Below are positions 20,161 through 29,811 of a DNA stretch of 64,000 nucleotides, one piece after another (the first letter of the stretch is position 1; each line of letters opens with the position of its first letter). Location: the NCBI GenBank assembly GCA_945860565.1, contig CAMAQS010000004.1:1594-65593 (forward strand). The letters are read 5' to 3'. The notes beneath the pieces were generated by a model. That model ran no database searches. It had not been told where the DNA came from and saw nothing but the letters and a program-made list of their open reading frames with translations. The stretch comes from Chitinophaga pinensis (lineage in GTDB: Bacteria; Bacteroidota; Bacteroidia; NS11-12g; UBA955). The translations under genes and the position numbers were made by a program.

Positions 20161-21261
20161 TTAGGATAGGATTGAGGATGATACATGAATGGAAGGTTTA
20201 ATGTCGGAATTGAGTATAGCATGAAGTTCCCGGTATTTGTGTTGGATGGTGTCCGCATTTTGCTCCAAACGGTGAATCGATGCCGTGAGTTTTTCGGGTG
20301 TTACATCCACCAAAATTTCCTCCAAACACGGTTCATTGAGTAAAATATTCACCAAACTCACATACTTTACTTTTAGAATGTTTTTGGCAATGAAATAGGT
20401 TAGTGCATTTACTTCGTATGCAACAACCTGTGGAACATGAAACAATGCTGTTTCTAGAGTAGCTGTACCGCTAGCAACCAAGGCAAAGCCATTGGTAATG
20501 TGTGCGGTATACAGAATGTCAAAGGTTTTACCAAAAACAATGGTGGCCTTTAAATTGTGTTCGGTAAGTATGGTCTGATAAAATTCGTTGGTTAATCCAG
20601 GTGCTGCGGCAACCACGATTTCGTCGTTTTCTGAGGCCATTTTTTGTGCTGCCATTATAAATTTTGGCAACAATTTTAACACTTCATTCGGCCTTGAACC
20701 GGCAAGAATGGCAATGGTTTTATGTTTAGATAAAGGTTCAGGATTTTCACTAAGAAATAACTGTACAGCTTCGGCAGTTGGGTTGCCAACATACTTACTT
20801 GGCATTCCTAATTTATTGAAAAAGTCTACTTCAAATGGAAATATTACATATAAATGGTCAATGCATTGGCGCATTGTTTTAACCCTTGATTTATTCCAGG
20901 CCCAAGCTTTTGGTGCAATGTACCAGTGCACTTCTATTCCTAATTTCTTGGCAAATTTGGCCAAGGGTAGGTTGAATCCTGGATTATCGATGAAGATGAC
21001 TTTGTCGGGTTTTTCTGTAAGGATGTCGGATTTTGCTTGTTGAATGTACCCGTTTATGGTGCGGATTTTTTTAATGACCTCCACAAAACCCATGATATTC
21101 CGGTTTTTATAATGTGATAAAAAACGGATGTTGCATTTTTGCATTTCGTCGCCACCCCAGCCTATAATAGTAGTGTCTGGGTGTGTTTTTTGGAGTTGCT
21201 GTATAATTTTGGCAGCGTGAACATCGCCACTGGCTTCTCCGGCAATAAAAAACAACTTCAT
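20161..21261 (-). CDS. lpxB: lipid-A-disaccharide synthase
   Basis: N-terminus MKLFFIAGEASGDVHAA, 366 aa GT19-like protein. Confidence 0.9.
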   Translation of the reverse strand: MKLFFIAGEASGDVHAAKIIQQLQKTHPDTTIIGWGGDEMQKCNIRFLSHYKNRNIMGFVEVIKKIRTINGYIQQAKSDILTEKPDKVIFIDNPGFNLPLAKFAKKLGIEVHWYIAPKAWAWNKSRVKTMRQCIDHLYVIFPFEVDFFNKLGMPSKYVGNPTAEAVQLFLSENPEPLSKHKTIAILAGSRPNEVLKLLPKFIMAAQKMASENDEIVVAAAPGLTNEFYQTILTEHNLKATIVFGKTFDILYTAHITNGFALVASGTATLETALFHVPQVVAYEVNALTYFIAKNILKVKYVSLVNILLNEPCLEEILVDVTPEKLTASIHRLEQNADTIQHKYRELHAILNSDIKPSIHVSSSILS

Positions 21262-21273
21262 CGGTTCAATGAA

Positions 21274-21570
21274 TTAAAATCCCCTAACCCCACTAATCAT
21301 GGCAACCAAAGCGGCCAGCATGATAGCTACCATCCATCCTCTAGCAATGAATGTAAGTTTTGGGTAACGCATCAACAAAAAGAAAATGCCAATATCTCCG
21401 GCTACACCCACTTGAAAGGCAGTGTTGTAAACAGGACTTAAATGAGAAACACTCCAAATAAAGGTGGAAGCTCTCACTCCTTGAATGGCTGCAATCACCA
21501 ATCCCAAAAGAATAGGTGTTATCAAGCCTCCTAAAAAGCCCAAGATGATATGGGTTACATTAATTTTCAT
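21274..21570 (-). CDS. small integral membrane protein, unknown function
   Basis: 98 aa with 3 TM segments, lying between surE and lpxB. Confidence 0.5.
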   Translation of the reverse strand: MKINVTHIILGFLGGLITPILLGLVIAAIQGVRASTFIWSVSHLSPVYNTAFQVGVAGDIGIFFLLMRYPKLTFIARGWMVAIMLAALVAMISGVRGF

Positions 21571-22339
21571 GTAAATTCCATTGATTTATAAGTCCAATTC
21601 GTTGGTGGTCGGTCAGGTCGAACATTGTAGGAACAACAGACACGTAATCGTTTTCTAATGCCCATTGGTCGGTATCTTCTCCTTTATCCATATTGATAAA
21701 TTTACCTGTCATCCAGTAATAATTGCGTCCAAACGGGTCGATTCTTTGGTCAAAATCTTCCTTCCATTTGGCTTGGGCTTGTCTGCAAATTTTGATGCCT
21801 TTTATTTGTCCTGAAGCAGGAACAGGCAAGTTTACATTCAACAAAGTACCATAAGGAAGGCCGCGTTTTAAGGTTTCTTGGGCAATCTTTTTGATGTAAG
21901 GTTTGATGGATTCAAAATCGGCATCCCAAGCGTAATCGCACAGCGAAAAACCAATGGCGGGCATGCCGTCGATGGCAGCTTCAACAGCGGCGGACATGGT
22001 ACCTGAATAAATTACGTTTATTGAGGCATTCGAACCGTGGTTTATGCCCGATACCATTAAATCTGGTTTGCGGGGAAGCAGTTTATCTATTGCCAGTTTC
22101 ACACAATCTACAGGTGTTCCGGAACACTGATATGATGAAATACCGGGATACACATGAACTTCGGTTAAGCGAATGGGTTGGTTTATGGTAATGGCATGAC
22201 CCATCGCACTTTGAGGCTTGTCTGGTGCCACCACCAACACGTCTCCGAGCTCAGTCATTACTTCAATAAGGGCTTTGATACCCGGTGCGGTAATGCCGTC
22301 GTCGTTGCTAATTAATATTAAGGGTTTGTTTCCCGTCAT
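21560..22339 (-). CDS. surE: 5-prime/3-prime-nucleotidase SurE
   Basis: N-terminal motif ILISNDDGITAPGI, 259 aa. Confidence 0.92.
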   Translation of the reverse strand: MTGNKPLILISNDDGITAPGIKALIEVMTELGDVLVVAPDKPQSAMGHAITINQPIRLTEVHVYPGISSYQCSGTPVDCVKLAIDKLLPRKPDLMVSGINHGSNASINVIYSGTMSAAVEAAIDGMPAIGFSLCDYAWDADFESIKPYIKKIAQETLKRGLPYGTLLNVNLPVPASGQIKGIKICRQAQAKWKEDFDQRIDPFGRNYYWMTGKFINMDKGEDTDQWALENDYVSVVPTMFDLTDHQRIGLINQWNLHEN

Positions 22340-22400
22340 GGTACAAAATTAGGGCATAAATTGAAATTATGGTCGTTATTAATAAATGGCATTAATTATA

Positions 22401-22460
22401 TAATTCTGCATGCAAAATACCGGGACTTCGACCCCGATAGCTATCGGGGTCAGCCACCGG
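22401..22460. repeat. intergenic repeat module containing a perfect 22-nt palindrome (gaccccgatagctatcggggtc, 22430-22451)
   Basis: The palindrome was read directly. Its flanks match the modules at 7531-7614: cttcga...tcagccacc, and the inverted ggtattttgc..agaatta. Confidence 0.55.
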
Positions 22461-22768
22461 CATAGTGCTATTATTTTATAGCCCAAGGATGGTGCAGTAT
22501 AGTATTGCCTTATACCCCTGACGAATGTCTCCGTCAATTGTCAGAGACAAGCAAAAGAAGAAGTTAGCGTTGGTATGCACTGTTAAAAACAAAGTAAACA
22601 ATGCAATTAGTCCTCTTTTAATCATCATATTTAAGTTTTATAAGGTTTGTATTGCATAAGAACATGTGAAAAATTTAAATTTCATTAACAAATCGTAAAG
22701 AATTCAAAGTCATTGGAAGAATACACATCCCCCAAAAACATAAAGACAAAAGATATTAATTTCGCAGC

Positions 22769-23626
22769 ATGAGTTTAACCCACCTTCAGTTTGGAGACCT
22801 ACATCTTTCTATACATTCTCACGGAGCCGAAATGCAACAACTTTCTTACAAAGGCAAACAGATTTTATGGGAAAAAGATGAGAATTATTGGAATCGAATA
22901 GCACCCATTTTGTTCCCTATTGTGGGTAGACTAAAAAACGATGAATATGAATATTTGCAGAAAACGTATAAAATGCTTCAACATGGTTTTGCAAGAAATG
23001 CAAATTTTCAAGTCAAAGAAATCAAAGCAGATGAAGTATTCTTTGGTTTAACCAACAACCATGAAACATTTGAGGTGTATCCATTTGAATTTGAGTTATC
23101 CATTCAATATAAACTAGAAGATGCCAAATTGTCTGTTAATCATACAGTTAAAAACACATCCAACCATACCATTTTACCCTTCTCTATTGGTGCACATCCC
23201 GGATTTAAACTGCAAAAACCCATAGAATCATATGCGTTGGTGTTTGATAGTTACGGCGTTAAAAACCGGCATTTAATTGCGGATGGTTTGTACTCTGGAA
23301 TGGCAGAATCTATGGAAATTCCCGAAAAGGGATTGGTTTTAAAAGAAAGTTTATTTGAGTCGGATGCTTTGGTTTTTAAAAATGAGGGAATTTCTTCGGT
23401 GACCATGTTGGAAGAGGGTATCCCTCAATTGCGGGTTAAGGCAAAGGATACGCCTTACTGGGGAATTTGGAAAAAGCAAAATGCGCCCTTCATTTGTATT
23501 GAACCGTGGCAAGGCATTGCAGATTCTTTTTCATCAACAGGTGTATTGTTGGAGAAAGAAGGACTAATTTTGTTGCCACCAAACCAAGAACATACATTTA
23601 ACTACACCATAGAATTTTTGACTTAA
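22769..23626 (+). CDS. aldose 1-epimerase family protein
   Basis: 285 aa with LFPIVGRL and HGFAR motifs typical of the YihR/mutarotase-like family. Confidence 0.75.
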   Translation: MSLTHLQFGDLHLSIHSHGAEMQQLSYKGKQILWEKDENYWNRIAPILFPIVGRLKNDEYEYLQKTYKMLQHGFARNANFQVKEIKADEVFFGLTNNHETFEVYPFEFELSIQYKLEDAKLSVNHTVKNTSNHTILPFSIGAHPGFKLQKPIESYALVFDSYGVKNRHLIADGLYSGMAESMEIPEKGLVLKESLFESDALVFKNEGISSVTMLEEGIPQLRVKAKDTPYWGIWKKQNAPFICIEPWQGIADSFSSTGVLLEKEGLILLPPNQEHTFNYTIEFLT

Positions 23627-23628
23627 AC

Positions 23629-24060
23629 ATGGAAAACATTTTTATCATTTACATTGCCATAGGCATCATTTTTTTTGCAACTACCATTGGTGGAAGAATC
23701 GTTTCTGAACGCGGATTGAAGACTTTAACCGACGAACAACGGGGCAAATTACTCAACGATTTTTCAAAATTTAGAATCTATAATTTGGCCGCACTTTTGG
23801 GTTTGATTATGATATATGTGGGATTCAATTATTACCAAGCTTCACTGGATAAACCTATTTTGAAAATGGATGTAACACTTTTGTACTTTATTTTATTGGG
23901 GATATATATTGTGGTTACCAATGTTATTTCTTTTTTGAAACTAAAAGGTGCCGATGTTACGCCTGAATACAAAAAAAGTGTTTATATGGCTACTGGATTG
24001 AAGGTTTTTGGATTGTTAATTGTAATGGCTGGCGTGTTTATTGCGTTTAGTCAAGGTTAA
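23629..24060 (+). CDS. integral membrane protein, unknown function
   Basis: 143 aa with 4 TM segments. Confidence 0.5.
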   Translation: MENIFIIYIAIGIIFFATTIGGRIVSERGLKTLTDEQRGKLLNDFSKFRIYNLAALLGLIMIYVGFNYYQASLDKPILKMDVTLLYFILLGIYIVVTNVISFLKLKGADVTPEYKKSVYMATGLKVFGLLIVMAGVFIAFSQG

Positions 24061-25012
24061 CTTGTTTTGCGCTTTCCAGCCTATTGATTTTTCCAGTTTC
24101 GGTATACACGAACTTTTGCAGCGGCAGTTGCATTTTAGGTTTTTCGTAGGGGGAATTGAAATTTATCCGCTCTAGGTTAGGTTCGGTTTCTAAATAATAG
24201 AGCACCAGTTTTTGTCCCAATTCTTCATCTGGAATCCACCAACAAAAAAAGGGGATATCCGTTTCTATCTGCTGCCGAATGGTTGATTCTAAGGTTTCCA
24301 ATTGAATTTTAACGCCACCAGAGTTGATGGTGAAGTCAATTCTGCCCATCCATTTGAATTGGTTTGTATGGATAATCTCAACGAGGTCGTTGGTATTTAG
24401 CCATGTGTTTTCGGTGCATGCATTTTTTATTTGCAGGGTGTTTTCGGGGGATGTTTTTATCTCCGTATTGTCTATGATGCGATACAGCGGTTCGCCCAGA
24501 ACACGTCCGGCAAAATGGGAATAGGTTTCGGTCATGCCGAAGGTATGCACAAAATGGGTGTTGGGACAATGTTTCAACAGTAGGTTTTCGAGGGATTCGG
24601 AGAGGGGTTCTCCGCCAATGAGGACGGTCTGAAATCGCGATAGGGTTTGCAAAGAATCGGGTTCTTTTACAATGGCGTTGAGTTGCATGGGAGTGAGAGA
24701 GACAATGCTTGCCTTGCCGGAATAGGTGGTAAAAGGGTTTTTTGTGGGGGGAATGACATCGATGGGGGCATTCCATACTTTGCTCCGCACGAGCTGCATG
24801 AATCCGCCCACTTTGTTTAATGGCAGGCAGCACAATTGGTGCAAATTTTCGGAGCGGATGAAATGTTTGAGGGTTTGTTCGGCGCTCCATTGCAGCAAAT
24901 GCCGTTTCAGTTGCCAGGTTTTAGGGCTTCCGGTGCTTCCAGAAGTGGTCAAGGCAAAGGATTCTCTGTGGGATTCCCATTCTGCGTTAAACCGAGCCAA
25001 TTCATCTCCCAT
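24047..25012 (-). CDS. short AMP-binding (adenylate-forming) enzyme, MenE-like
   Basis: AMP-binding motif TSGSTGSPK near the N-terminus, and GMTE. 321 aa, as in the short Bacteroidota o-succinylbenzoate-CoA ligase-like proteins. Confidence 0.65.
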   Translation of the reverse strand: MGDELARFNAEWESHRESFALTTSGSTGSPKTWQLKRHLLQWSAEQTLKHFIRSENLHQLCCLPLNKVGGFMQLVRSKVWNAPIDVIPPTKNPFTTYSGKASIVSLTPMQLNAIVKEPDSLQTLSRFQTVLIGGEPLSESLENLLLKHCPNTHFVHTFGMTETYSHFAGRVLGEPLYRIIDNTEIKTSPENTLQIKNACTENTWLNTNDLVEIIHTNQFKWMGRIDFTINSGGVKIQLETLESTIRQQIETDIPFFCWWIPDEELGQKLVLYYLETEPNLERINFNSPYEKPKMQLPLQKFVYTETGKINRLESAKQVNLD

Positions 25013-25045
25013 TTTGAACGAGCTAAATTAAGGATAATTTTGCAA

Positions 25046-25100
25046 GGGTAGGGGTAGAAGATTTTCTACCCCTACCCATTTTGATTTTCTACCCCTACCC
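25046..25100. repeat. perfect 14-bp-stem palindrome (gggtaggggtagaa-gatt-ttctacccctaccc) plus a second copy of the right arm 23 nt later
   Basis: Read directly. gattttctacccctaccc occurs at 25060-25077 and again at 25083-25100. Confidence 0.85.
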
Positions 25101-25207
25101 AAATCCCGGAGATGGACACTTCCAACTTGCGAATTTGCCAGAAAAATGGAGTGTTTCTATAAATTTTTAATGATTATTTGACAAAACTGAAACAATAGAA
25201 GCAAGTA

Positions 25208-26032
25208 TTATTTCAACTTCTTTAATCCTTTTGCTTCAATCAAACTTTTCATTTGGGTAATTGCAATTTGGTTAAGTTGCAACAATCTATCTTTTTGCGT
25301 TACGCCCTGATGGATTAAAACGGCATTAATACTTTCAAGGTTCGAGAGTATCACCAATTGTTCAATACTAGCATGGTCGCGTATATTGCCTTCCAATAGG
25401 TGGTTAGCATCTCGCCATTCTTTTGCGGTAGTACCAAACAATGCTACATTGAGTAAATCGGCTTCCGACGCATATGTGAGGTTAGCGTATTTGTGGCTTA
25501 TTTCGGCAGGTATTAATTTTTCTTTAATAGCATCGGTATGTATATGATAGTTTACTTTTGCTAAGGTACGTTGCAGGTTCCATTCGAGTTGTAAGCGGTT
25601 ATTTTCATCTTCTTTTAGCCTTTGAAATTCTTTGATAAGATACAGTTTGAATTCAATCGAAATCCAAGAGGCAAATTCAAATGCGATGTCTCTGTGCGCG
25701 TAAGTTCCGCCATACCTTCCAGCTTTAGAGATAATACCAATTGCCCTAGTTTTTTCGATCCATTGTTTTGCAGTTAAAACAAAGCTGTTTAATCCGGCCT
25801 GATTTCTAAACCCCTCGAATTCGATGGGATTAAAATTAGGGTTGTTTAGTTGTTCCCAAAAACCTAAAAGCTCGACCGTATTTCTATTTCTCAACCAGTT
25901 TTGGATAATATAATCTGTTCTTTCACTGTCTTTATGACGGGCCAAATCGGTTAAGGAGAAATAATCTTCTTGATTATTTTTAAGGAGTGTAATTTCCGTC
26001 CCCTTTACAATGAATGTTTTATTTGATCCCAT
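25208..26032 (-). CDS. KilA-N domain-containing protein
   Basis: The N-terminal region (FSLTDLARHK...NWLRNRNTVELLGFWE...YAHRDIAFEFASWIS) matches the KilA-N DNA-binding pattern. 274 aa. Confidence 0.7.
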   Translation of the reverse strand: MGSNKTFIVKGTEITLLKNNQEDYFSLTDLARHKDSERTDYIIQNWLRNRNTVELLGFWEQLNNPNFNPIEFEGFRNQAGLNSFVLTAKQWIEKTRAIGIISKAGRYGGTYAHRDIAFEFASWISIEFKLYLIKEFQRLKEDENNRLQLEWNLQRTLAKVNYHIHTDAIKEKLIPAEISHKYANLTYASEADLLNVALFGTTAKEWRDANHLLEGNIRDHASIEQLVILSNLESINAVLIHQGVTQKDRLLQLNQIAITQMKSLIEAKGLKKLK

Positions 26033-26081
26033 TTTGTGTAATTATAAATGCACCTAACAAAAAATAATCCATAATGAAGCA

Positions 26082-27359
26082 TCACCCAAACGCGTATTCT
26101 TTCAACAGCTTAATGCACAAATCAATTTCGTCAGTGGAGTTGTAATAATGGGTGGATACGCGCACACAATCAATGTCGTTTTCGCCTACATGCCTTAGAA
26201 TCATGCCTTTTGACCGGGCATAATTCGCAAAACCAATATTTGGTTTTTCCTTTTTTGTTTTTGAGGGATTGATTTTGAATCCTATTTGTGCAGCACGGGA
26301 AATAGATTCAGTAGGAGTAAGCATTTCTATGCCATCGCCAATTTCTAGTAGCGAATTTTGCAAATATCCCCCCAAAAACTTTACGCGATTTTCGATATTC
26401 TCTCCTCCAATTTGATGGTACATTTGAAGCGATTTTAATGCACCTTTAAACAGCGGACCGCTAAACGTTCCATAACAATATCTGCTGGTTTTGTCAATTA
26501 AATCTCCCAGTTGTGGTGGATTTGCATTCATGTTAAACGTATCCATGCTGTACGCCGCAACATGGGTAATTTTGGTTTCTGCAAGAAGGTCTTTTCTTAT
26601 ATACATCCATCCAGTGCCAATGGGCCCTAACATCCACTTGTGTAAACATCCAGCATAATAATCACATCCTATATCTTTTACATTAAATTGCACCATCCCC
26701 AACGGATGAGCCCCATCAATACAAGAAACAATGTTTTTTGATTTAGCCAAACTGCAAATTTCTTTTACTGGCAGTACTTGACCAATGGTACAAGGAATGT
26801 GAGGAACGGCAATGACTTTGGTTTTTTTAGTGATGGCGGCATTTAGATTTTCTAGGGATTGTGCGGCAGTAAAAGCAAGGTCAAATGTTTTAATTACAAT
26901 TCCGTCTTTTTTTGCGCGATACAACCAAGCTGCGCATCCGCCCACATGTTCGTGTTTGGTGAGTATGACTTCGTCGCCTTTTTTTAAATCTAGGCCCCAA
27001 CAAATGTGATTGATGCCTTCGCTTACATTTTTGGTAATGGCGATTTCATTGGCATCTGCGCCTATGGTTTTGGCTAGTAAACTCTCAAGTTCATCGGTAT
27101 GGTGCGGATATTGTGCGGTTTCGGCAATGCGCTGAAACTCATCTTGTACCGTTTCTAAAACCGCATAAGGGGTAATGCCCATGGTGCCGTTGTTTAAAAA
27201 GGTAACGTCTCGCTTTAGAGGGAAAAGCGTGCGTATCATTTCCCAGTTCAGGTCGGTTTTGTTATTAAAAGTACGGTCTAAAATATTGGTATGCAATGAC
27301 TTTAATGATCCTGCGGTTATAAGACTTCCCCCTAGAGTTAAAAATGATTTACGGTGCAT
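26082..27359 (-). CDS. aminotransferase class V-fold PLP-dependent enzyme with an N-terminal signal-like segment
   Basis: 425 aa with the pattern SCIDGAHPLG...HKW, as in cysteine desulfurase/isopenicillin-N-epimerase-like enzymes. Confidence 0.75.
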   Translation of the reverse strand: MHRKSFLTLGGSLITAGSLKSLHTNILDRTFNNKTDLNWEMIRTLFPLKRDVTFLNNGTMGITPYAVLETVQDEFQRIAETAQYPHHTDELESLLAKTIGADANEIAITKNVSEGINHICWGLDLKKGDEVILTKHEHVGGCAAWLYRAKKDGIVIKTFDLAFTAAQSLENLNAAITKKTKVIAVPHIPCTIGQVLPVKEICSLAKSKNIVSCIDGAHPLGMVQFNVKDIGCDYYAGCLHKWMLGPIGTGWMYIRKDLLAETKITHVAAYSMDTFNMNANPPQLGDLIDKTSRYCYGTFSGPLFKGALKSLQMYHQIGGENIENRVKFLGGYLQNSLLEIGDGIEMLTPTESISRAAQIGFKINPSKTKKEKPNIGFANYARSKGMILRHVGENDIDCVRVSTHYYNSTDEIDLCIKLLKEYAFG

Positions 27360-27480
27360 AGTTGGTTTGATTTGGTTGTTGTATCAATTCAAATGTAAAT
27401 GTATTGGTTAACATTGTTTTTGCAAAATGTGAATGTAGAATATCTTCCTTATTTTTGCGACCAGTCTAAAGAAAAATCGT

Positions 27481-28563
27481 ATGAATGTATTAGGGATAAT
27501 GAGTGGGTCGAGTATGGATGGCATAGATTTAGCCTTGTGTCGTGTGGAGCAGAATGATAGTAATTGGAATGTAACCATTTTAAAGGCGGTAACAGTGCCT
27601 TACAACGAAACTTGGCGCGTACGTTTGTCGCAAGTGAAATATCAGAATCCCGAAATATATGTAAAAACGGATGTTTTTTACGGTAGGTATTTGGGTGAAT
27701 TAACGGACGCATTTAGAAAAGAAACCGGTTTAAATATAGATTTGGTGGCCTCTCATGGTCATACGGTATTTCACAATCCACAACAGTGGATAACAGCACA
27801 AATTGGCGATGGAGCAACTCTTTCTGCAACTGCGCAGGTGCCAGTAGTTTCTAATTTTAGACGTGCGGATGTGGCATCAGGTGGTCAAGGCGCGCCATTG
27901 GTGGGAATGGGCGACGAGTTGTTATTCGGAGAATATGATTTTTGTTTGAATTTGGGGGGATTTTGTAATCTGTCTACCCAATTTGAAGGACAGCGTTTCG
28001 CATTCGACATTTCGCCATGCAACATTGTGTTGAACCGTTTGGCGCGTGAAAGAAAGCAGAAGTTCGACCAAGACGGTCAAATTGCCGAATCAGGCAGTGT
28101 AATTTATCCTATGCTGGAAAAATTAAACCTGATAACATTTTACCAGAAAAAAGCACCTAAAAGTTTAGGTAGAGAGTGGATTAACAAAGAATTTTGGCAC
28201 ATTGCCCGCGACTTCGATGATCATCCATTGGAAGACCGCATGAAAACGTTGGTAATGCACATTGCGGTTCAAATTGGCAATGCAGTGGAACAATATTCAA
28301 CCAAAACCATGGACCAAAATAAGATATTGGTGACCGGTGGAGGCGCTTTCAACAAAACCTTAATCGATTATTTGAAATCAGAAACCGAAGCTCAAATTGT
28401 GGTACCAGATGATTCCATCGTGAATTACAAGGAAGCAATGATTTTCGCATTGTTGGGTGCCATGAGGGTAAAAAATGTAGTAAACACACATCCTTCGTCT
28501 ACAGGAGCCAAATATGCAGTGATTGGTGGTTCGCTGGATGGAGATTTTTCGCAAATATTATAA
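27481..28563 (+). CDS. anmK: anhydro-N-acetylmuramic acid kinase
   Basis: N-terminus GIMSGSSMDGIDLA, 360 aa. Confidence 0.9.
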   Translation: MNVLGIMSGSSMDGIDLALCRVEQNDSNWNVTILKAVTVPYNETWRVRLSQVKYQNPEIYVKTDVFYGRYLGELTDAFRKETGLNIDLVASHGHTVFHNPQQWITAQIGDGATLSATAQVPVVSNFRRADVASGGQGAPLVGMGDELLFGEYDFCLNLGGFCNLSTQFEGQRFAFDISPCNIVLNRLARERKQKFDQDGQIAESGSVIYPMLEKLNLITFYQKKAPKSLGREWINKEFWHIARDFDDHPLEDRMKTLVMHIAVQIGNAVEQYSTKTMDQNKILVTGGGAFNKTLIDYLKSETEAQIVVPDDSIVNYKEAMIFALLGAMRVKNVVNTHPSSTGAKYAVIGGSLDGDFSQIL

Positions 28564-28567
28564 CAAC

Positions 28568-29806
28568 ATGTCTAAATTAGATAAACTCATAGAGAAATTT
28601 GAAAACAAGCAACCTGAGGTTGTGTTTTCTTGGAAGGATTCAGAAACAGAAGCTGAAGGTTGGGTGGTAATAAATTCATTGCGCAATGGTGCTGCTGGTG
28701 GTGGAACCAGAATGCGTAAAGGATTGAATCAGAGAGAAGTAGAAAGTTTGGCTAAAACCATGGAAGTGAAGTTTACCGTAGCAGGTCCGCCAATTGGTGG
28801 TGCCAAATCTGGGATAAACTTTGATCCAAACGATCCAAGAAAAAAGGATGTCTTAAAACGCTGGTATAAAGCAGTTAGACCCATTTTAAAGTATTATTAT
28901 GGTACAGGTGGTGACTTAAACGTAGATGAAATTCACGAAGTCATTCCAATGACTGCCGAATTGGGCATTTTGCATCCACAAGAAGGAGTTGTAAACGGAC
29001 ATTTAACAAAATATACTCCCGAAGAGAAATTGAAGGCCATTTCGCGCCTGCAGGAAGGTGTTTTGTTGCCTATAATTGACGAGAGATTGACCCCAAGTGT
29101 GGAAGCAAAGTTCACCATTGCCGATATGATTACCGGCTGGGGTGTGGCAGAAGCTGTTAGGCACTATTATGAGATTTATGGTGGCTTTATTAACAACAAA
29201 TTGGCCATTATTCAAGGTTGGGGGAATGTAGCCGCTGCGGCAGCATTTTACTTGACCAAATATGGGGTGCGTATTGGTGGAATTATAGACCGCGAAGGTG
29301 GAATTATTTCCAAACAGGGATTGGGATATGAAGAGGTATTAGAACTGTTTTTATCGCGTAAAGGAAATTCATTAAATGCACCCAATATGTTGAGTTTTGA
29401 AGAAGTGAATGAGCAAATTTGGGATTTGCCAGCTGAGATTTTTATTCCTGGTGCGGCGAGTAGGTTGGTAACTGAAGATCAGGTACTGCGTTTGGCGAAA
29501 TCTGGGATTGAAGTGATTTCGTGTGGTGCAAATGTTCCTTTTGCCGATTCGGAGATTTTTATGGGACCAATCTCCAGATTGGCGGATCAACACATGGCGG
29601 TGATACCAGACTTTATTGCCAATTGCGGTATGGCCCGTGTTTTTGCTTATTTAATGAAACCAGATGCAGAAGTAACTGATGTTGCCATCTTTAAAGATGT
29701 AAGCAATATCATTCGCAGTGGCATTATGCGTGCACATCAATTTAACCCAAAAACAGTGGGAATTAGTGCGAAAGCATTGGAAATGTCTTTAACCGATTTA
29801 GTGTAA
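28568..29806 (+). CDS. Glu/Leu/Phe/Val dehydrogenase family protein
   Basis: GGAKSGINFDP motif and a Rossmann-type GWGNVAAAAA motif. The start is taken as ATG 28568. Confidence 0.85.
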   Translation: MSKLDKLIEKFENKQPEVVFSWKDSETEAEGWVVINSLRNGAAGGGTRMRKGLNQREVESLAKTMEVKFTVAGPPIGGAKSGINFDPNDPRKKDVLKRWYKAVRPILKYYYGTGGDLNVDEIHEVIPMTAELGILHPQEGVVNGHLTKYTPEEKLKAISRLQEGVLLPIIDERLTPSVEAKFTIADMITGWGVAEAVRHYYEIYGGFINNKLAIIQGWGNVAAAAAFYLTKYGVRIGGIIDREGGIISKQGLGYEEVLELFLSRKGNSLNAPNMLSFEEVNEQIWDLPAEIFIPGAASRLVTEDQVLRLAKSGIEVISCGANVPFADSEIFMGPISRLADQHMAVIPDFIANCGMARVFAYLMKPDAEVTDVAIFKDVSNIIRSGIMRAHQFNPKTVGISAKALEMSLTDLV

Positions 29807-29811
29807 AATAA

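Noticed and set aside
20588-21043. 151-aa plus-strand ORF
   Set aside because: It is antisense to lpxB, which is clearly the real gene here.
22476-22628. 50-aa minus-strand small ORF (MMIKRGLIALFTLFLTVHTNA...) in the surE/epimerase spacer
   Set aside because: Its N-terminus resembles a signal peptide. However, it is below the ORF-track cutoff, it adjoins (within 25 bp) the palindromic repeat module, and it has no supporting homology or translation signal that I can verify. It would only be worth checking if ribosome profiling data exist.
24378-24890. 170-aa ORF (Arg/His/Pro-rich) on the minus strand, and plus-strand ORFs at 24726-25051
   Set aside because: These are alternative-frame or antisense readings inside the AMP-binding enzyme gene, whose own frame carries the TSGSTGSPK motif. 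Their composition is typical of an off-frame artefact.
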